Origin: Octopus vulgaris | Taxonomy: Eukaryota | Length of the DNA: 64,000 nt | Direction: 5' to 3' | Assembly (NCBI GenBank): GCA_951406725.2 | Contig: OX597817.1 | Location: forward strand, 58,590,001-58,654,000 | Shown here: positions 1-13,639 of the stretch, in pieces | How positions within the stretch are numbered: position 1 is the stretch's first letter | Layout: each line of letters opens with the position of its first letter | The notes under the pieces: model-generated | What the model was told of the DNA's origin: nothing | The model's database searches: none | What the model saw: the letters and a program-made list of their open reading frames with translations, nothing else | Program-made: the position numbers and the translations under genes

Positions 1-635
1 GTACTTATTCATCGGAGTCTTTAGCCGAACTGCTAAGCTATGGAGATATAGACAAACCAATATCAGTTACCAGGCAGTGGTGTGAGATACAACATAAGCA
101 CAGAGAATATTTAGAATAAATAGGCCAACGTCCGACGATGGCTTAACTGGCTCAAACTTCGAAGGTACTGTCAACGATATTCTCGCTTAAGAATAACAAA
201 TTGTTTTTGGTACACTCCGTCTTCTCTAGTAACCTTTAATATATACCCTTCGTGCACCCTGGAATTCTTGGAAGTTGACCCAATGAGGAATGCAAGGTAT
301 TGCTGATGATGTCTGGTAACCATAAGGGGTGAACCATAAGGTGCTCCGCGGACACACGTTTGGATACTCTGTGTGTGTGTATGTGTATGTATATATCTAT
401 GTATGTGTGTCTTTGTATTTATATTTGCCCCCACCACCACTACCACTACCACTTAACAACCGCTATTGATGTGTTTACGTCCCCGTAACCCAACGGTTCG
501 GTCAAAGAGAACGATAGAATAAGTACTAGGCTTAAAAAATAAATCTTGGGGTCGATCTGTTCGACTAAAACCTTTCAAGGTAGTGCTTCAGAAATGGCCG
601 CCGTCAAATAATTGCAACAAATAAAACGATAAGAG

Positions 636-1117
<482 letters not shown>

Positions 1118-1120
<3 letters not shown>

Positions 1121-4100
1121 TTTGATACTTTGATACTTTGATAGGTTTCGGCCATTATTGGCCCAGGCCATGTCTAACTTAATAGCACCACCTGGTGAAG
1201 TCTTTCAAGTCAGAATTTGGGCACTATGGCCCACTCAAGTAGAGAATTATTGTTTACAGAGACATATCCGGGTGTAGGGAGTTTATCCGGGATTTCTTGA
1301 AGGAATCTGTCCAAAGACTTCTTGAACCCTATAGGGTCAGTTTCTGTTTTAATGTGTTTTGGTGTAATGTTAAAGAGAGCGGGGCCAATTGAGGTGAAAT
1401 AATTGTGCCGTATTGTTGTTATGAGATGAGAGTGCGATTTTTGTTTTGGGCGGATGGCACGGGGCCCAAGCCTTGGATGTACCTTAAAGGTGATGCCAAC
1501 ATCATTTGGGCAATGCTGATGGAATATTTTCCACATCATGCAGATGATGTAGCGCTCACGACGACGTTGGAGAGAATAAAGTTTTAGCTTTTCTAGTCGA
1601 CCCCAATAGTCGAGGCCTGTCATGCCATCTATCTTTTTTGTGATTGCCCTTTGAGGTGCTTCAACTTTTATGATACTTTGTATTGTGTGGGGAGACCACA
1701 GTGGACAACAGTATTCAAGGTGGGGTCGGGCAAAAGTGGAGAAGAGAAGGATAATGGTGTGGATATCTCTCGACTGGAAAGTTCTGAGAATCCAGGAACA
1801 CATTCTGCGGGCCATGTCAACTTTGGTGTTTATATGAGTGGCCCAGCTTATGTTATTGTCCACAATTACTCCCAAGTCTCTGATGTTGTTGGACGCCACG
1901 AGAGTTTCACCTGAAGGAAGGGAGTATGGGAGTTTCAGGGCATCCTCTTTTCCAAAGTGGATTAACTCAAATTTATCCTCGTTCAGCAGCATATTGTTTT
2001 TTTCTGCCCATTGGATAACAGCCAGTAGATCTGACTGAAGGCATGTCCGGTCACTCGCCTCATTTATGACCTTCTGTAGCTTGGAATCATCTGCAAAGAT
2101 TTTTATGTTGCTGTGCTTGATGATGTCATTAATGTCATTAATGTAGATGATGAAAAGAAGTGGGCCCAGCACAGTGCCTTGCGGAACGCCACTACTGACT
2201 TTGGCTGGGCTTGATTTTACCCCTTCAACTACAACATGTTGAGATCTGTCTGTCAGGAAACACTTGATCCATTTCAGTAACTTTCCAGAGACACCAATGT
2301 TGGATAGTTTTTTCAATAGGATCTTGTGATCGACCCTGTCGAAGGCCTTACTGAAATCAAGGTAGATGACATCGGTGTTGGAGCCCTCTCCCAAAGCTCT
2401 CAAAATGTCATCAAAGTGATGCAGGAGCTGCGTTAGGCAGTCCCTTCCATTACGGAACCCATGTTGGTTAGAGATCAGCCGTCTGTTGCTTTCCAGAAAT
2501 TGGGTTATTCGAGATCTCACCACCCTCTCAAATACCTTGATGATATGAGAGGTGAGTGAGATCGGACGGTAGTTCACTGCAAGGGACTTGTTTCCCTTTT
2601 TGAAAACTGGGACAACAGACTGGGACAGAAGGTTTTTTGGAATATAGCCAGCATCCAGTGAGTTTCTCCACAGATTAGCAAGGGGAGATGCAAGTTGGTG
2701 TCGACACACCTTCAGGACACAAGCAGGGAACCTATCGGGGCCTACTGCTGAATTGTGTTTTATTTCGTTTATCGCCGCTAAGACATCAGGGGCACTAAAC
2801 GTTATGTCCGATATAGTGTGTTGGGGGTTGACATCACTGATACAGCCCAGATCGGCCATATCAGGATTGCTGAAAACAGAGCAGTATTGTTTCTGCAGTA
2901 TCTCGGCCATGGATTTGGCATTATCTTGGAGAGTGCCAGTTTCATCAATTAGAGGGCCAACAATGGAGACAGTGACCCTGCGTTTCCTCGCAAATGAAAA
3001 GAACACTTTGGGGTTGAGTTTGATTTTTTCAATGGCCCACTTCTCCTCAGCTGATCTTTGGTTATTGATGAGGGTCTTCATGCATTGTTGGAGGTTATAT
3101 TTTTTGGATTCAAGCAGTGCGATAGCCGTCGAATGTGTGTGTTGCTGTTGGCAGTACTTTAGTTTGTTAATTTTTCTGTTTGTTCTTTTTATTTTTCTGA
3201 TGATAGTTTTTCTGTTTTGGGGGATTCTGCACTTTTTGTTCACAGGTCTTGGTGGGGAGTGTTTTGCACATATGTCTGTGACGGTGTCTACAAAGATCTG
3301 CCAAGATGTTTTATGGTTGGTGGAGATGTGTGTATGTGTAAAGGACCAGTCAACATGTGATAGCTCGTTCCTGATTGCATCCCAGTTGGCATTATGGAGA
3401 TCCATGTTATCAAATGGGTGGGCTGGAGGGAGGTCACTAGAATTAGCTTTCGGCTGGTGGAATTTCATGTTACAGAGAACCATGTCATGGTCTGAAAGAA
3501 GGGTTTTTTCCACTGTAACGTTTTGTATAGTGTTAGTGTGGTTACTAAACACTAGGTCCAAAATGTTCTTCTGATGTCTTGTTGGTGCAAGGACAAGTTG
3601 GGACAAGAAAAACTCATTCGTAAAGCCGATAAGTGACTCTGCTGCTTCTTTGTCAGCGGTTGAGGCGGGAGTGCTTGGTTTCAAACAGTTTGTAGTCCAG
3701 TCAACACAGGGTAGATTGAAGTCTCCCATCATGAGTAGGTTGCTAGAATGGCACTGTTGAATAAAGCACTTAATGCTGTTGAGGCATTCTTTAAAGCACA
3801 GTATGGGTGTTTGGGGCGGCCTATAGAGCCCAATTACTGTCAGGTCATTGGCTTTGTTGTGCACGGTGACTGATTCACAGTAGCCGTTGGAGAATATACT
3901 ATTTCCATCTGCCGTAAACGAATCATGCAGGAAAATGGCAGTTCCACCCTTCCTTCTGCCGATACGATCCGCGCGGATGGTTGTGAAATTCTTCACTCTC
4001 ACTTCGGCTTCCAAGTGGGAGTTGTCAAGGTGGGTCTCAGTGAGAATGAAGAAAGGGATGTGGTGTGGATGGTTACCAACCCAGTCTTCAATGAATTTTT

Positions 4101-4199
4101 GTGCATTGATGGAAGGGCTGACACCTTGTGCATTGAGTAGAAATGTGGAGGTTAGTGTAGTGGCTGGTTTTGACTGTTGCAGGGGGCTTGGATTTTTTG

Positions 4200-4200
<1 letters not shown>
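1118..4200 (-). mobile_element. CR1-like LINE, 5'-truncated, uninterrupted ORF2 (APE endonuclease + RT)
   Basis: Open frame from about 4200 to 1210 with LTETHL, YRPP, MGDFN, SDH, NYRPISLTS, YLDFSKAFD, SGVPQGTVLGPLLF and FADD; 3' tail (TATCAAAG)x3; (TA)n on both sides. Confidence 0.93.
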
Positions 4201-4263
<63 letters not shown>

Positions 4264-4710
4264 CGTATACACATACACACACACACACGACTGTGTTTCA
4301 CAGATGCCATCTTCTAATTTCACGAGGTACTGCGCAGTAAGGCTGAACCTGAAAACCGCATGGTTACCAAACAAACTTCTTAACAACACTGTACGCCTGA
4401 TTTTGTTTTTGAAATTAACAATGTGTGAGTCACGTTTATCTGCCATGTAATATTCCATATCTAATCAGAAATCGAATATGTGCTTTTTGTTTGTTTTTGT
4501 TTTTTTTTGTCTTGTTTTTTTAAATAACGACACAGTTTGATTAACAGGAAATTGCCGAACAAATTTAACAGATCTCTTGCTAGATAACATTTTAAACAAT
4601 GATATATCGTCATACGAGGACTTAACGGTGAACAACGAAAATCAAAACGATTGTGTGAATCTGCTAAGATATTCCCATTCGACACTGTCGGGATTCTATG
4701 AAAAATAAAT

Positions 4711-5065
4711 AGGCGCAGGAGTGGCTGTGTGGTAAGTAGCTTGCTTACTAACCACATGGTTCCGGGTTCATTCCCACTGCGTGGCACCTTGGGCAAGTGT
4801 CTTCTACTATAGCCTCGGCCCGACCAAAGCCTTGTGAGTGGATTTGGTAGACGGAAACTGAAAGAAGCCCGTTGTATATATGTATATATATACGTGTGTG
4901 TTTGTATACGTTTGTCCCCCAACATCGCTTGACAACCGATGTTGGTGTGTTTATATCCCCGTAACTTAGCGGTTCGGCAAAATAGCCGATAAAATAAGTA
5001 CTAGGCTTCCAAAGGCGGTGCTCCAGCATGGCCGCAGTCAAATGACTGAAACAAGTAAAAGATAA
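4711..5065 (+). mobile_element. tRNA-derived SINE family A (other copies near 18752-19110 +, 20295-20706 -, 29826-30192 -, 60874-61360 +, and fragments)
   Basis: Head ggcgcaggagtggctgtgtggtaag..ggttcagtccc (A/B-box-like); body and tail ..cagtcaaatgactgaaacaagtaaaaga recur across the window. Confidence 0.85.
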
Positions 5066-5136
5066 ATCATCTGATTTAAACAGTTTTATCTTTCTTTCTG
5101 TACTTTACTCTCTCCTACAGTTCGCTCTCTCTCGTT

Positions 5137-5179
<43 letters not shown>

Positions 5180-6497
5180 AATGAGGTAATCAGATCGGAT
5201 GGTTCATATTTATAGATATTTATTTATATATTACATTTTTTACATATATATCATATCATTCGGATTAGCGCTTTCTCCCAATCCAGTGGGGTTTTCAAAT
5301 CAAATCAATTCCTTGTGGGTAATTTGAACATTTTATAGTTTCGTAGTAGTGGTGGGGAGGAATAAGACAGTATAAAAGGGTGAAGAGGAAGTGAGACAGA
5401 GAAAACATGTGTGTATGTGTATGTGTGTGTGTGTATGTGTGTGTGTGTATGTGTGTGTGTGTGCGTTTGTATCTGATAGGGAAGAAGTATTATTATTATT
5501 CCGTTGGCCTACTGTGGTTTTCTAAGAATTTTGGCTCTGCTCTCTGTCCAGTCTCGTGTCACTGAGTGTGTGTTGTGCGTAGGTATATATATACACACAC
5601 ACACACAATATAATATATAAATAAATGCGCCCTTTTTAAAGCCTAGCCAGGCTCATGGGCCCGGTTTCCCTGTTTCAATGGCGTATGTGTCCCCCCCCCA
5701 CCCAGATGGACGGGACGCCAGTCCATTGCAGTGTTACTCATTTTTGCCAGCTGAATGAACTGGAGCAATGTGATATGAAGTGTTTTGCTCAAGAACGCAA
5801 CGCGTCGCCCGGTCCAGGAATTGAAACCACAATCTTACGATCATGGTGCTGACACCCTAACCACTAAGCCACGCGCCTCCACATATATACAATATATCGC
5901 CGACATAAATATAAATTTTAAGAAAGTCAGTAAATCAATTTTTCTCCCATCAGCCCTCATAAAAAACTTTTATAATTTACATAGCTTTATCCGCTCTTCT
6001 ATAAAGCATCAAATTATCTCATGCATGGTAAAGGATTAAATCCAAATCTAGCGTAAACCCTATTTTCCCCTGATGATGGAGGCATTCTACGGAAATGAAT
6101 CTTAACATTCATATATAATCTGCACCAATGGACCCCTGAAACGATCGTTGGAACACCTTATTTTCCACTAACATGTTACCCAAAACTCTGTTTAATGCTC
6201 ATTGCTGTCTCTATATTATATTTAAAAAATTTTTAAACGTCTTTTTTCTATATTTCACTATTTTTATCTATATTCTGTTATTATTGTGCTTACATATCCA
6301 TATATCTATATGTCCAAGTATATTTTTAGTATTCGTATATTTTGATATTTCTAATATATCAATGTATGTTTCAGATTGGACAATGCTTATTTTATCCTAA
6401 TTAAACCCGTGTTTAATCGTAGTCTGCTTGGTTTGAACCTTTTCTATTGCGTCTATTATACTTAGTGTGTGTGTATATGTATATGTATATATATATG

Positions 6498-7488
6498 CCG
6501 TCCCGGGTCGACCTTGAGCGACTTCAACACAACCAAAGCATTATATAGGGGATTGGTGGAGGGGAGGTACGACGACGATCTCGGGGCGAACATGGGCGTC
6601 GACGAGGAATACCTGACTCACCTGACGACTTTCGGGCCGGAACCTATGGACAACTTCCAGAGATCCCTGGCCTGGCAGTGCTATTGAGAAGCACTATCCG
6701 TTCGGAATAAGCTCTACAGGCATGGCTCGAGAAACACGGGGTCAACCTGCCCGAGATACGGTCAGAGGGACGAAACCGTTCTACACGCACTCGTACAGTG
6801 TCCAACTATTTCCGACCTGTCGGCCATGTCGAACGACTGCTATTGCGTGTGAGACGAGTCAGTTTATCAACCGAGTCTATCGTGAATATTGTCGCGCCTC
6901 CTTCCTTGAAACGGGAAGGAAGAGCCATTTTCATCGTACTTCTGGCTATGGCGAAAGAATACGTATGGTGGACGCGTCTGAAAGGTCTAGGGACAAACAC
7001 TTTCCTCTCTGGTCAATCTCTCATCAATTTCTTCAAGTATCACTTGAAGACGAAGGTGAGAGTAGAGAGGGAAGTTTTGTCTAGTGAATGTTTAAAAAAA
7101 AAGATGGGTGAATGTAGCAAGGATGGCGCATGTGATTGACGAAACTGTCTTGAGCATAATCCTATGAACCAGAAAAAGAAAGGAAAAAAAGAGAGTCACT
7201 TACTGTAATGCGTTGTTTTTTTGCATGGCATTATTGCCCGAGGTTACCGTGGTTTTTTCCAAAGGCTTTTCTTTCCACAGATAAACCAAATCTGTTTCCC
7301 CTTTTTACACTATGACATTTCTGTGATACTCGATCCCTATTGATCGGCGTATTTTTAACGGTCCCTTTTGATCGCATTTCTACCTGCCGTTTCCTTTTTT
7401 TTCATTTCCTTCTCTTCCCAAAAAGAACAGCTCTACTTTGTATTTTGTCCCCTCTGTGTTCAGCCCTGTGTGGCCAATAAAGAAACAC

Positions 7489-7490
<2 letters not shown>
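6498..7490 (+). mobile_element. Tx1/L1-clade LINE 3' fragment (degenerate)
   Basis: LAWQCY*EALSVRNKLYRHG..TCPRYGQRDETVLHALVQC is a zf-RVT-type CCHC region; AATAAA at about 7476, then (CTAT)n. Confidence 0.75.
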
Positions 7491-7559
<69 letters not shown>

Positions 7560-7562
<3 letters not shown>

Positions 7563-7684
7563 GTCACATGTTTTTATAAATCATGTACTAGCTCTTGCGT
7601 CCTCTTGAGTGGAGTCTTCAGATTGAAGTCTCCACTAGAGTGGACGCAAGCGCTAATATATGATTTCTAAAAACATGTGACATA
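7560..7684. repeat. 125 bp imperfect palindrome
   Basis: atgtcacatgttttt..cttgcgtcc..agtggag.cttca / tgaag.ctccact..ggacgcaag..aaaaacatgtgacat. Confidence 0.9.
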
Positions 7685-7922
7685 TTAATAAATATCTGTA
7701 TATATGTATATATGTATATAAATGTATATACATATATATATATGTATATATGTATTTACATATATATATGTATATATACATATGTGTATATGTATATATG
7801 TGTATATATATGTGTGTGTATACGTATATATATATATGTGTATGTATATATATGTATATATGTGTGTATTCATATGTATATATGTGTATATATATGTGAA
7901 TATATATACATGCATATATATG

Positions 7923-7974
<52 letters not shown>

Positions 7975-8608
7975 TATATGACCCCACATAGTCTAAATAT
8001 AGTTTAGTAAAATACTAATCATAGCTATAGAGCGTTTTTCATGTTTAAGAAAGAATGGATTGTAAAGTACAAAGCCTACATTTACCCCATTCTCAGCTGC
8101 GTTAACCCACCATTCAACGGCACTTACTACGTTACTAGCACCCTCCTCCCTGGCCACAATGCCATTCACCTCGTATTTCCTGCTAGTTACCCTATCCCCA
8201 GAGCTGTTTTCCACTCCACATTGCATCATAGATGTTAATCTGTGTCGTTGATATCTATCGATATAATTATGTCCCGATCAGTCTCATTATCAATTGATGG
8301 AGCCGGAGTTAGTATTCTACTTAGTAACTGCACTATGTCGATATGCAAATCTGCCTGATCATGTTGGAGTGAGAACAATCCATAGGGACGTGACTGGGAG
8401 GAAACATCGGCGGACATGTTGAGCTGTACGTGTGTGTAGATGTGTGTGCGTGTAGGGTGTGTGTGTGTGTGTGTTAGTAAGTGTATTAGTGTGTGGTTGT
8501 GTGGGTATATGTTGTGTATGTGTGCTTGTGTGCGCATATATGTGAATAAGCGTGTGATTGTGTTCTGTTGTGCGTGTGTCTATTGGGATGTATGTGTTCG
8601 TGTGTGTG

Positions 8609-8675
<67 letters not shown>

Positions 8676-9213
8676 ATCAACCCCATGATATTGGCAATGA
8701 AATGTTGCTCTGGTCAGTGGAGATGATTAATTATGCATGGTGGACTGACGTCATAAAGTGACGGCCGCAGCAGCGATGGTGGCGGCATTGGCGGTGATGA
8801 CGGGGATAATGGTAACGGGGGTAGTGGAGGCGGTGGTGGTGGTGGTGGTGGTTGTATTGGTAATAAGATATCTGGATGCATTGATGATTTTGATTGTTGC
8901 TAGTATCTTTGCCGTGTGTCTGGCTGGTATTTTTTGCTTTAGTCCATAGCCATCCCTGAAGAAGCGGACTTACGATTGAAACCCATGTTTAAGCAGTGTT
9001 TACCTTTTAGACATATTTATAATCTTGGAATGCATCATACAATGTCTTCGTTTCCTAAGAAACAAGGTGTGTAATTTGAAATAGATTTATTTATATCAAA
9101 CGGATCGCACGTCCTTGGAAATTTAGAAGACTCTCTGCACCTGTAAATAGACAAAGAAACAATTGCTTCACCTGTTTCTGACTAATCTTATTAGAAGTGT
9201 GCATGTGTGTGTG

Positions 9214-9260
<47 letters not shown>

Positions 9261-9556
9261 TAGAATACATTCCTTGAATATGAAAGTCGTTGGTACTTTC
9301 TAGTGGTACTTGGTATTTTCAAATACTCTTTCGCCTCAACTTTCTTTCACTCTTTCTTCCTGCTTCTTGAGTAACGCTGTGATGGACTGGCGTCCCGTCC
9401 AGCTGGGGGGGGGGAACACATACGGCATAGAAACCGGGAAACCGGGCCCATGAGCCTGGCTAGGCTTGAAAAGGGCGCATAAATAAAAAATATATATACA
9501 TGCATACATACATACATATATATATCTAATGTAGTATATATATATATATATATATG

Positions 9557-12500
9557 GGTAGCGGGTAGCGAACTTCTTCACTACTTCAGGGAGTGACGAC
9601 CCTGCCTGACACGAGTTCCGGGCTCAGCTGGCTCCGGCTGACAGTAACCGGTATGGGCCCCTTTCCAGGGTTACGGAAAGGAGACAACCTTCAAAGAAAT
9701 CCGGAGTGAAGCCCCGAAGGCGGTTTAGTGTTCGACTCGACACTCTTCCGGCAGCTCCTGCAACCAAGCTGGTGCCAAACGTAATGCTCTGCACTTCTTT
9801 GGACTACATCAGCAAGGTCGAGAGAGGAAACCTGACGATTGGGCTACCCAGGACTTTCTTATCTCTAGCCCAGGCCTGCGCAAAACTGGAGAGGACACTT
9901 CAGTGCTGCTGTAAAAAGCTGCAGAAACAACACGGGAGGTAACAGTCACGAGTGATAAGTCCATTCAGATTGGCGTAAAATATGGGCGCTACGGGTTACC
10001 TCTGACGGTGGGAGGGACCTCCGTGTCCTATTGGTTAGCTACTGCCCACCTCAAGCTGGGCAGCCCCCAGTTAATAAGGTGCTGACCCACCACAGGCCGC
10101 CTGCTTCATTGGGTGCTTGGAGCTAAGAGTATGACTTGAAAAGTGGCCTGCAACCTCTGCACCAGGCAAACAACTAAAAGACAAGAAACCACCAGTCCTG
10201 CGGTTGGCAAGCTGGAATGTCAGGACCATGTACCCTGGAATATCTGATGATCTACTCAGGGTTGAAGACACAAGGAAAACGGCCATCATTGACCGTGAAC
10301 TAAAGAGGCTTAACATAGACATTGCTGGGCTACAGGAGACAAGACTTCCCTCAAACGGCAAGCTCAAAGAACAGGATTTCACCTTCTTTTGGCAGGGAAG
10401 CGATCCAGAAGAACCTCATCAGCATGGCGTTGGCTTTGCAGTGAGAAACTCATTACACTCCTCAATAGAACCACCATCAGGAGGCACTGAGCGTATCCTC
10501 TCACTGCGCCACTCGACTTCTGGTTCAGTACATCTACTCAGCATCTATGCTCCCACTCTCTACAGCTCAGAGGAGACCAAGGACCAGTTCTACAAAGATC
10601 TCAACTGTGTCATAAAAAATATACCAACAACTGAAAATATCTACCTGCTTGGGGATTTTAACGCTCGCGTGGGATCTGACCATGATTCGTGGCCCATTTG
10701 TGTTGGACACTTTGGTATTGGCAACATGAATGACAATGGTCAGAGACTACTCGAATTCTGCACATACCATAACCTGTGCATCACAAACACATTCTTTGCC
10801 AACAAGCCATCCCACAAAGCATCTTGGAGACATCCAAGGTCTCACCACTGGCATCGGCTGGATCTCATCATTACACGGAGATCCTTTCTGAATTCTGTTC
10901 TACTGACCCGCAGTTACCACAGCGCGGATTGTGATACAGACCACTCACTAATTAGAAGTAGGGTGAGGATTCTGCCTAAAAAAGTCCATCGCTCCAAGAA
11001 AGTGGGCCGACCACGCATTAACACTGCCAGAACCTCGGACCCTACACTGCGAAAATGTTTTGCTGCTTCTATCAAGGTTGCCCTCAGTAGCTGCCCAACC
11101 TCCTCTGCTGAAAGTAGGTGGAATTATATCGGGGAGGCTTTGTATACTACATCAATAGATACTTTCGGCATGAGAGAAAGGCAAAACCCAGATTGGTTCA
11201 ACGCTGGGCTCTCAGAGCTGGAGCCAGTTATCAAAGCAAAGCGTGCAGCTCTGATGCAATACAAGAGTGATTCTTCTACAAAGTCACTCGAAGAACTCAG
11301 AAAGGCAAGAAATAAAACCCAACTGACAGCCAGACGCTGTGCAAATAGATATTGGCAGGAAATCTGTCAGAGTATCCAGTCAGCTGCTGACAGGGGCGAC
11401 ACCCGTGGGATGTATGCCGGTTTGAAGAAGGCCCTCGGTCCATCCGCAATTAAGTCAGCCCCTCTGAAATCAACTACTGGAGATCTCATCAGGGATCAAA
11501 GCAAGCAAATGGATAGATGGGTGGAGCACTACCAGGATCTCTGCTCACGGGAGACTACAGTAGCTGAGGCTGCAATCGAGAGTGTCAAGATCTTGCCAGT
11601 CATGTGCGAACTTGACTGTCCGCCATCTATAGCAGAGCTCACCAAGGCTATTGACTCCCTAGCAAGTAACAAGGCTCCGAGAAAAGACGGCATCCCCTCA
11701 GAGATCATCAAAGCCGGCAAAAACACCATCCTGCTTCGGCACCTTCATGAGCTTCTGTGTCAGTGCTGGGAAGAGGGTACAGTCCCTCAGGATATGCGGG
11801 ATTGGAAAGACCTTTGCTCGCGTTATCCTGGCCAGGCTGCAACTACTTGCTTCTCGAATCTATCCGGAATCGCAGTGTGGCTTTATATGAAGCAGATCAA
11901 CTATTGATATATTCTCCATACGCCAACTTCAGGAGAAGTCCAGAGAGCAGAAAATGCCATTATATATGACCTTCATTGATCTGACAAAGGCCTTTGACTC
12001 GGTAGGTAGAAAAGGCCTCTTCATCCTGCTCCAAAAAATCGGATGCCCACCAAATCTGCTGAGGATCATCAAGTCTTTCCATGATAATATGCAAGGCACC
12101 ATACAGCACAATGGTTCAACATCAGCCGCCTTCCAAATAAAAAACGGGGTAAAGCAAGGTTGTGTCCTCGCTCCTACATTATTTGGCATTTTCTTCTCGC
12201 TCTTGCTCTCACATGCCTTTCAGACATCAAATGATGGAGTGTTTCTGCACAGTAGAAGTGACGGGAAACTGCTCAATCTCTCGCGCCTGCGTGCCAAGAC
12301 CAAAATCAGAAACGTCCTGATCAAGGAGATACTATTTGCTGATAATGCCGCTCTGGTATCACACACAGAAGAAGCCCTCCAAAGGCTCATTAACTGTTTT
12401 GAGCAAGCATGTAACGACTTTGGCTTAGCTATCACCCTTAAGAAGACCAACATCATGGGTCAGGCTACATCGGACATCCCAAACATACATATTGGAGACC

Positions 12501-13350
12501 ACAGATTACAGGAGGTGGAGAAGTTTACCTATCTTGGCTCTACCGTCACCTACAACCTATCCCTTGACGCTGAGCTCAATATACGCATTGGCAAGGCAGC
12601 TGCTTCTATGGCCCAACTCTCCAAACGGGCATGGAACAACAATAAGCTGACCAAGACCACGAAAATGAAGATCTACCAGGCATGTGTACTTAGCACTCTA
12701 CTGTATGGAAGTGAGACTTGGACGCTATACACACGCCAAGAGCGTCGCCTAAACATCTTTCACCTGCGCTGCCTCCGGAAAATCCTCCGCATCAAATGGC
12801 AGAATCATATCCCTAACAAAGATGTCCTCAGTCAAGCAGGAATACCAAGCATGTTTGCACTCCTCACACAAAGACGTATGAGATGGCTTGGGCATGTTAG
12901 CCGTATGAAAGATGGTAGAATCCCCAAGGACATACTCTACGGAGAGCTTGCTAGGGGTACTAGGTCTGTGGGAAGACCGTTCTTACGTTAGAAGGATGTT
13001 TGCAAAAGGGACATGAAGGCCTGCAACATCAATATTAGCAATTGGGAAGCAATTGCCAGCAACCGTGGAGATTGGCGACGTACCGTAAAAGAGGGAATAC
13101 AAAGGAGTGACGGAGAGAGAGAGGAGAAATGGAAAGACAAGAGAAGACGTCAACAAGAAACTATGGCATTACAACCAGTCAGGAACAGTCTTCGCTACAT
13201 TTGCGGTACCTGCCACAGGGAGTGTTTGTCCAGGATAGGACTACACAGCCACAGCAGGAAATGTATCAGGACATGAAATGTAAAAGCCGGACTAGACTAT
13301 TTTATGCGCAACTCCATTGTCTCCCGAGACAAAAAGGGTGCCAACAACAA
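9557..13350 (+). mobile_element. RTE (BovB-like) LINE, near full length, disabled
   Basis: 5' UTR; endonuclease ASWNVRT/GLQETR/LGDFNARVG/DTDH; RT FIDLTKAFD, GVKQGCVLAPTLF, LFADN; C-terminal CxxC..GLHSH finger; (CAA)n tail. Internal deletion with frameshift near 11800 and a stop at about 12990. Confidence 0.93.
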
Positions 13351-13639
13351 TATATATATATATATATATTTATCTATTAATATAATATGGATGTATCTCT
13401 TCTGTGATTTTTTGATGTAATTTTTCCTGCTTTCACTTTCTAATATATAATCGCTCTAATTGAATCTCTAATTACCTTTAAGGTTTTAGGTATTTCTTAT
13501 ACCAAGAGCACTTATCTGAAATCTAGCATACTTTATTCTCATTGAATATATTTGATTAACTATATATATATATATCGTAAAATATAATTGCCAAATAAAT
13601 GTGGCGGTCCCATAGAGGACGATGCTACTGTTGTTTATA

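Noticed and set aside
121-350. Possible first exon of a tandem hexosaminidase paralogue
   Set aside because: Similarity to intron 1 is limited to about 55 bp; no signal peptide or GH20 sequence nearby.
4201-4458. N-terminal part of the 1082 aa ORF (MEYYMADK...YIYIYI)
   Set aside because: Chance read-through across the flanking (TA)n tract; LINE homology starts only near 4200.
7993-8430. Non-repetitive stretch with short ORFs on both strands
   Set aside because: No recognisable domain or convincing splice-bounded frame; left unannotated.
8955-8990. CTGAAGA..GAAAC motif
   Set aside because: No convincing stem I or II pairing or cleavage triplet; likely chance.
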